Below, piece after piece: positions 58,628 through 64,000 of a DNA stretch of 64,000 bases; positions within the stretch are counted from its first letter, which is position 1, and each line of letters begins with the position of its first letter. The position numbers and the translations under genes are program-made. Source of the stretch: Limnothrix sp. BL-A-16 (lineage in GTDB: Bacteria; Cyanobacteriota; Cyanobacteriia; CACIAM-69d); the NCBI GenBank assembly GCA_041937175.2, contig CP166615.1, forward strand, positions 1,696,001 to 1,760,000. Reading direction: 5' to 3'. The notes below the pieces were generated by a model, which was not told the DNA's origin, searched no databases, and was given only the letters and a program-made list of their open reading frames with translations.

Positions 58628-59098
58628 CTAGAGAAAACTGCGGCTCAAGGCCAGGTTTTCTCGCAGTTGATCGCGCGTTTCCATCAGCACCTTGCCCAGT
58701 TCATTTTTACCGGTGCGATCGGCTCCACATCCCCAGTAATAATCCGTGGGCGAATCTTCAATGAGTTCTTCGTTACCCGTACTGAGCAACACTTGTGCCA
58801 ATTCGGGATGGCTGGAAAACTTGACCCATACGCCCTGAGCCATGATCGATCGCTTCACCCGATTCCAGTCCGATCGTAACTGATGGGTCGGGTTGCGCCC
58901 CAAGGCGGCCGCTTCTGATGCAGTCAGCGCCGATCGAATTCGATCGATCACCGCCGCCGATTCTGTGCCCACAAACTTCTGTGCCTGATAGAAATGCTCC
59001 ACCGTTGGCCAATCAACGCCATCAACAACAATCCAATGGGGTGAAAAGTTGGAGAAACACCCATAGGGATCGCCAACTTTGTAGAAGTAAATGGTCAT
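58628..59098 (-). CDS. ybiA: NADAR/YbiA family protein
   Basis: FSNFS, WPTVEHFYQAQKF and EDSPTDYYWG..G.GKNELG motifs. Confidence 0.92.
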   Translation of the reverse strand: MTIYFYKVGDPYGCFSNFSPHWIVVDGVDWPTVEHFYQAQKFVGTESAAVIDRIRSALTASEAAALGRNPTHQLRSDWNRVKRSIMAQGVWVKFSSHPELAQVLLSTGNEELIEDSPTDYYWGCGADRTGKNELGKVLMETRDQLRENLALSRSFL

Positions 59099-59251
59099 GG
59101 GAAATCGATCGGGCAACGGCGGACAGCCCATCAAACCCGGCAAGCATTCCAGCCTGGGATCAATGGGCAAAGATGGATGAGGCGATCGCTGTGTTCTCAA
59201 GATTTTTGGGAGCGTGCCTGTTGTTGATCATCGCATAGCAATGATCCCTGA

Positions 59252-59382
59252 GAGGATGTCTGAAAAGCCAAAATCGATACTCTGCACGCCTCATCGATCG
59301 ACGAAGACAAGATGCTCAAGCCCCTTGCCCCCACGACTATTGGTGCATTGCCCGTGCCAAAAGACACTTTTCAGACATCCTC
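59252..59382. mobile_element. MITE with IS1031-like ends carrying a degenerate REP-like palindrome
   Basis: Perfect 16-bp TIR GAGGATGTCTGAAAAG; TGA target duplication. Confidence 0.88.
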
Positions 59383-59408
59383 TGAGGGCAATTTCCCGAT
59401 CGCCCGGC

Positions 59409-60299
59409 CTAAGCCGACAACGGCGACTCGATCGGCAAGTAATCACCCAAGGTTTCCGCCTCCAGCAGTTGCACCTGCTCCACCAACGGCGCACAACCCA
59501 ACCAGCGAGTTGCCAAACTGGCAAAGCGATCGGCCTCACCCGTGACACAAAAGCGAGTGGGTTGCGGTTGATCCAAATGCTTCAGGTTAAGCAGTTCCAA
59601 CTCTTGGGTTGCGGCGGCCACCACGTGGGCGGCCGGGTCGATCGTGACCACTCCCGGCGGCAGCAGCGGTTCAATCACCCCCGCCAAGTGTGGATAGTGG
59701 GTGCAACCATAAACCAATGTGTCGATCGACTGTTCCAGCAGCGGTTCCAGGTACTGTTGCGCGATCGCTCGGGTGTCGGGTTCGTGCAACCGCCCTTGCT
59801 CCACGATCGGCACAAATTCCGGACAGCCCACTTGCCAAACCTGCACCGTCGGGTCAATCTCCACCATGGCCCGGCGATAGGCATCGCTGGCAGCCGTGAT
59901 CGGCGTGGCAATCACCCCCACCCGGGATCCGCGATCGACCGCCACCCGAGCCGCCGGCAAAATCAAGCCCACAATCGGCAAGTCAAACTCCGCCCGCACC
60001 ACCTCCAACGCCAACGCCGAAGAGGTATTGCAGGCCATCACAACCATTTTCACGCCCTGTCGTTCCATCCAGGAGAGGATCTCGCGTGAAAATTGGACAA
60101 TTTCGGCGGGCGATCGCATTCCGTAGGGCAAGCGGGCCGTATCCGCCAAATACAGCAGCGACTCGTTGGGCAGTTGGCGATATAACTCCCGCAAAACCGT
60201 TAGGCCACCCACGCCACTGTCAAACACGCCGATCGGCCGTCTGCGGGCATCCCTCGCGATCGCTCCTGAAATTAGCCCCTTCAAACTCCAGACCTCCAA
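59409..60299 (-). CDS. murI: Glutamate racemase
   Basis: GVFDSGVGGLTV, PYG, ACNTSS and GCTHYP motifs; start codon uncertain. Confidence 0.95.
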   Translation of the reverse strand: MEVWSLKGLISGAIARDARRRPIGVFDSGVGGLTVLRELYRQLPNESLLYLADTARLPYGMRSPAEIVQFSREILSWMERQGVKMVVMACNTSSALALEVVRAEFDLPIVGLILPAARVAVDRGSRVGVIATPITAASDAYRRAMVEIDPTVQVWQVGCPEFVPIVEQGRLHEPDTRAIAQQYLEPLLEQSIDTLVYGCTHYPHLAGVIEPLLPPGVVTIDPAAHVVAAATQELELLNLKHLDQPQPTRFCVTGEADRFASLATRWLGCAPLVEQVQLLEAETLGDYLPIESPLSA

Positions 60300-60333
60300 T
60301 CCTCAAGGATAAGCAACTGCCTTACCAATCACA

Positions 60334-60383
60334 ACCGCACCATTGAACCGCACCATTGAACCGCGCCATTAAACCGCACCATT
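60334..60383. repeat. 13-bp tandem repeat x4
   Basis: ACCGCACCATTGA units. Confidence 0.75.
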
Positions 60384-60659
60384 TTGCAACTCCACATCCG
60401 GAGCGGCATCCGAGATCAGGTTCAGGAAACCCTAGCTTCAGGGAATCCTAGCCTTTGGCAACTCCGGCGATCTCGCATTCATCGCAGTACCAGCGGCAAT
60501 GGATGGCGGGGAATGGATGAAGGCTGCAACAGCGATCAGGGCAAGTTCCCATCAATTACGCTACAGCTTGGCGGGGATGTCAACTCTGGAGCCGATCGGG
60601 AGCTAATGGTGGGTTAATCGCCAGTTCCGGTGAGGGCCCGCAGGCTTTGGCTTAGGACA

Positions 60660-62243
60660 TCAGCGCGATCGGGCCCGCCGCCGCCCTCGGTAGCGTTTGC
60701 GCTTATGAATCACCTTGCCCTTAATTAATTGCCAGGTATGTTCAGAAGGCGGAAACCCTGCCAAAACCGATCGCTGCAAATAGATATGAGTTGCGCGATC
60801 GGTTGGATTCATGCTGAGGCATTCCTCAAACAAAGAAGCGGCTTCCCGATATTGCCGACGATGGAATCGCAGCACACCTTCCTCAAATAAACTACTGGAC
60901 GCACGCTTGAGGGTTTGCAATTCAATCGGATCGGCATTTAGGACTTCATAAACCGCCACAGGTTGAGTTCTTCCGCGCACATACAGCCGATCGATAAACC
61001 GAATGCTGTACTTAGAGGGGTTATGCAGCGCTGCCAACAGACGATGGGAAACCAAAATCGAAACACTATATTGCTTCGTTAATTCCTCTAGGCGAGAAGC
61101 CAAATTCACCGCATCCCCGATCGCGGTGGTTTCCATGCGGTGAACGCCCCCGATCGTGCCCAAAATCAGCGGCCCCGTATCCAAGCCAATGCCAATGCGA
61201 ATGGCCGGTCGCCCTGCTTTCAAGCGCTCCTGGTTATATTCACTCAGCGCCTTGAGCATCGAAATGGCCGCGTCAACTGCCAGGTCAGCATCCCCTTCAA
61301 ACAGGGCCATAATGGCATCGCCAATATACTTGTCAATGAACCCATTATGTTGGGCGATCGCTCGCTCCATCCGACCCAAATAGGCATTCAAAAAACGCAA
61401 ATTTTCCTGAGGGGACATGGTTTCCGAAAGGGTCGTAAAACCCCGAATATCGGCAAACATGACCGCCATGGTTCGCTCTGTATAGTCTCCTAGGCTCACT
61501 TCCGCCAAGGTTGACCGCTGCAACAATTGCAGAAATTGGGTGGGCACAAATCGCCCATCTAAACCATCCCAATCGGCCGGAGCTTCTACCAAATCTGTAA
61601 TATCAATCTCTGCCAAATCCGTTGCTTCAGGATTGGCTTCATCATTCATTTCCTCAACTTCTTGATCATCGGCTGCTTGATCATCAACTTCTTGATCATT
61701 TTGATCATTCACGGGCCCATGAACGAGTTCGTTAACGGGTTCATTCAACCCTTGATGACGATTACTAGGGCTATCTTCTCCCTGGTGATCATTAACAAAT
61801 GCAGAGCCATCCGCTTCAAATTCAGAACTAATCTTGAAATTGGAATGAGGATGTTGATTGGTATCGAAAGAATAATGAGAATGAGAATGGCGATTGGAAG
61901 AATGGCGATCGAAACGATTGACCAGCAGCAAACGGGAATGGGAATCAGAATCCTGAGGAGAACAAGAATGGGCGATCGCTTGGGTGCAGGTTTGGCGGGC
62001 AATCCGCAACCCAATCACACTGGCTGCTGAGGCACTACAGAAAGCCACCACTGCGGCAGTGCTGACGGGGGGAACCATCTGGCTCAATTCTGGGGCAGCC
62101 TCCGAAAAAAGCAGGAGTTGCCACCGCCAGACCATGGCTCCACTGATGACGGCCGCCAAGGCCGGCGAGGCAATGAATAACCATTCCCACGACCAATTGC
62201 GAAATCGCCCACTCAGGGCTTGATAGAACTGAAGTGTTGACAT
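60660..62243 (-). CDS. Membrane-anchored class III adenylate/guanylate cyclase
   Basis: MFADIRGFT, DKYIGDAIMA and IGDAVNLASRLE motifs; two N-terminal hydrophobic segments. Confidence 0.9.
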   Translation of the reverse strand: MSTLQFYQALSGRFRNWSWEWLFIASPALAAVISGAMVWRWQLLLFSEAAPELSQMVPPVSTAAVVAFCSASAASVIGLRIARQTCTQAIAHSCSPQDSDSHSRLLLVNRFDRHSSNRHSHSHYSFDTNQHPHSNFKISSEFEADGSAFVNDHQGEDSPSNRHQGLNEPVNELVHGPVNDQNDQEVDDQAADDQEVEEMNDEANPEATDLAEIDITDLVEAPADWDGLDGRFVPTQFLQLLQRSTLAEVSLGDYTERTMAVMFADIRGFTTLSETMSPQENLRFLNAYLGRMERAIAQHNGFIDKYIGDAIMALFEGDADLAVDAAISMLKALSEYNQERLKAGRPAIRIGIGLDTGPLILGTIGGVHRMETTAIGDAVNLASRLEELTKQYSVSILVSHRLLAALHNPSKYSIRFIDRLYVRGRTQPVAVYEVLNADPIELQTLKRASSSLFEEGVLRFHRRQYREAASLFEECLSMNPTDRATHIYLQRSVLAGFPPSEHTWQLIKGKVIHKRKRYRGRRRARSR

Positions 62244-62764
62244 GACTCCCTGAGTGACAGCTTTGGCTCAGATGCTATTTGCATGATGCACACCTTGAGG
62301 GAAAAAAATCGGGAAGATGCAGGTAAAAAACGTAAACCATGGGCGCAAATAGCGCTGTGCTTACCGTAGCCTGATTCGATTCCCTGTGCCAGGAATCGTC
62401 GTGGATCGTTGGCCTGCCGCGATCGATCCCAGATCTCGCCTCACAGGGCTGGCGAATGGAGAATGGAAAATCACGTGCTCCAAGGGAGCTGAATTGTAAA
62501 TCTCAATTGCAAACCTTTACTTAACCGCTGCTTTAGATTTGGATCAACTTCTATCCCGCCTGTTGATGCTGTGGGGTGGACATAGCAATAGGGTTGTGGG
62601 TTGTCCTCAACTGCTGTTTTGAAACGGCCGAATTGCCCAATGGCTGAATGGGCGACTGAGCTAAGGAGTGGCTGAATGGCTGAATTTTTAATGGATTGCT
62701 ACTGAATTGCCTCTGAGTGGCTGTTGAACTTCTCAAGTGCTGAATTGTTGGGAGACAAAATCGT

Positions 62765-63425
62765 GATGCGTGCAGTCTTAACCTTGCTTTTGTTGGGTGC
62801 TTGTTCAATGGGAGGGCCTGTGACCGGAGCCGATCGCTCGCCGGTTGTGCCGATCGCTCCCCAATCGATCGCGCCGGTTGCCCAAGCCACGCCCACGCCG
62901 CCCGCCCGCATCACCGAGACGATCATGGTTGAAGGGGAATCCGAGTCGATCGAGCTGGAGCGGTTTGCGCCCGATCAATTTCCCGTGGTGACCTATTTGG
63001 CTCGGGAAGATTTTGCCCCGATCCTGAATCGCCAAGGGGGCCGCGCGATCGCCCGGTTTGTGGCCCAGGGGGGAGCAGTCCGCAACGAGGCGGCCTATGT
63101 CAGTGTGATTGTTCCGGAAACACCCACCACGCCGGAACAGTTGTGGCAAAGCTATACGGGCCCCGGTGGCTGGTTGGCCGCGAATCGGGCCAGCATTGTT
63201 CGATCGAGCGACGACCCCCAATTCAAGCGGTTTGGTTGGGTAAAGCGGGCGATCGCCTTCATGCGCACCGACAAAGGCGAGCCGATCGCCGGGGAGCTTT
63301 ATTTAGGGGAAATGGCGGGTCGTCCCTTTGTGGTGCTGGTGCATTTGCCCATGGAATACCTGGAAGGCTATGGCCCTCGGGTGAGCTTGCTGCTGAAGCA
63401 TTTGGCAGTGCAGCCAGTGCCTTAA
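62765..63425 (+). CDS. Putative lipoprotein
   Basis: MRAVLTLLLLGAC lipobox-like signal. Confidence 0.6.
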
Positions 63426-63485
63426 TTCAGGCGCTGATTCAGGTGCTGTTGATTGTGGCCGTCCTGGGAATCGACTTCTGCTGAA

Positions 63486-64000
63486 TTAACCTTGCAAGCA
63501 ACGCAAGGCCTCCAGCACGCCACGCGCCTTATTGAAGGTCTCCTGGTATTCCGTTTCGGGATCCGAGTCCGCCACCAGGCCTGCACCCGCTTGCACCGAC
63601 ACTTCGTGAGTCCCATCGGCACGGTTGCGCACCAAGGCCGTGCGCAGGGTGATAGCGGTGTTGAGTTGTCCCTCAAAGTCGTAGTAGCCATAGGCTCCGG
63701 AATAGGGGCCGCGCCGACAGCCTTCTAGGGCGTGAATGATCTCCATGGCCCGAATTTTGGGCGCACCACTAACGGTTCCGGCGGGAAAGGTGGCGGCTAA
63801 CACATCCCAAGCCGTGCGATCGCCCGCCACTTGCCCGATCGCGTTGCTCACGATGTGCATCACATGGCTGTAGCGCTCGATCGTCATGAGTTGATTAACC
63901 GTGACCGTGCCGCTGTTGCAAACGCGCCCCAAATCATTGCGGCCCAAGTCCACCAACATCACGTGTTCGGCCACTTCTTTGGGATCCGCCAACAGATCCG
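63486..64000 (-). CDS. trpE: Anthranilate synthase component I, C-terminal part
   Basis: [28 protein letters not shown] and AGAGLVADS motifs. Confidence 0.92.
   Translation of the reverse strand, partial: DLLADPKEVAEHVMLVDLGRNDLGRVCNSGTVTVNQLMTIERYSHVMHIVSNAIGQVAGDRTAWDVLAATFPAGTVSGAPKIRAMEIIHALEGCRRGPYSGAYGYYDFEGQLNTAITLRTALVRNRADGTHEVSVQAGAGLVADSDPETEYQETFNKARGVLEALRCLQG

Overview
Chromosomal window from a filamentous cyanobacterium: HIP1/CGATCG is very dense, and the prenyltransferase suggests a Limnothrix-like host (inference). The backbone holds hisS, cpmA/larB, bcp, frr-pyrH, rsgA, grpE-dnaK-dnaJ (dnaJ split by a 1-nt homopolymer indel), pilB-pilT-pilC, a sucC-like gene, tRNA-Ala(CGC), marR-emrAB, arsR-acr3-arsC, gcvH, usp, murI and partial trpE. 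There are two accessory regions. (1) 19.5-28.6 kb is a cyanobactin (RiPP) cluster, patG-patC-patB-patA-patF on the minus strand, with no heterocyclase or oxidase. An intact HUH/Y1 RAYT-like transposase sits next to a head-to-tail array of four 504-578 bp cassettes. Each cassette carries a copy of the transposase's hairpin-forming 3' end, a putative promoter and a precursor-peptide gene. The constant ~480 bp differ by only 2 SNPs across copies, while the cores are largely different (GRSHEYNP, DSGSFRSWDP, a frameshifted scrambled core, GLLHPTHSNP) and look like imperfect palindromes or fold-back products. This is the best candidate for an undescribed system: HUH-nuclease-linked amplification and diversification of RiPP precursors. 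Direct-orientation remnants of an IS1031-like left end bracket the cluster. (2) 36.3-43.8 kb holds Uma2, xisI, an HTH gene, DUF4160/DUF2442 toxin-antitoxin-like modules, a repeat-expanded TPR protein and its partner ATPase interrupted by an IS5-family element. MITEs, REP-like palindromes and an HD-hydrolase/nucleoside deoxyribosyltransferase fusion are also present. All family calls are from motif recognition by eye; no database search was run.
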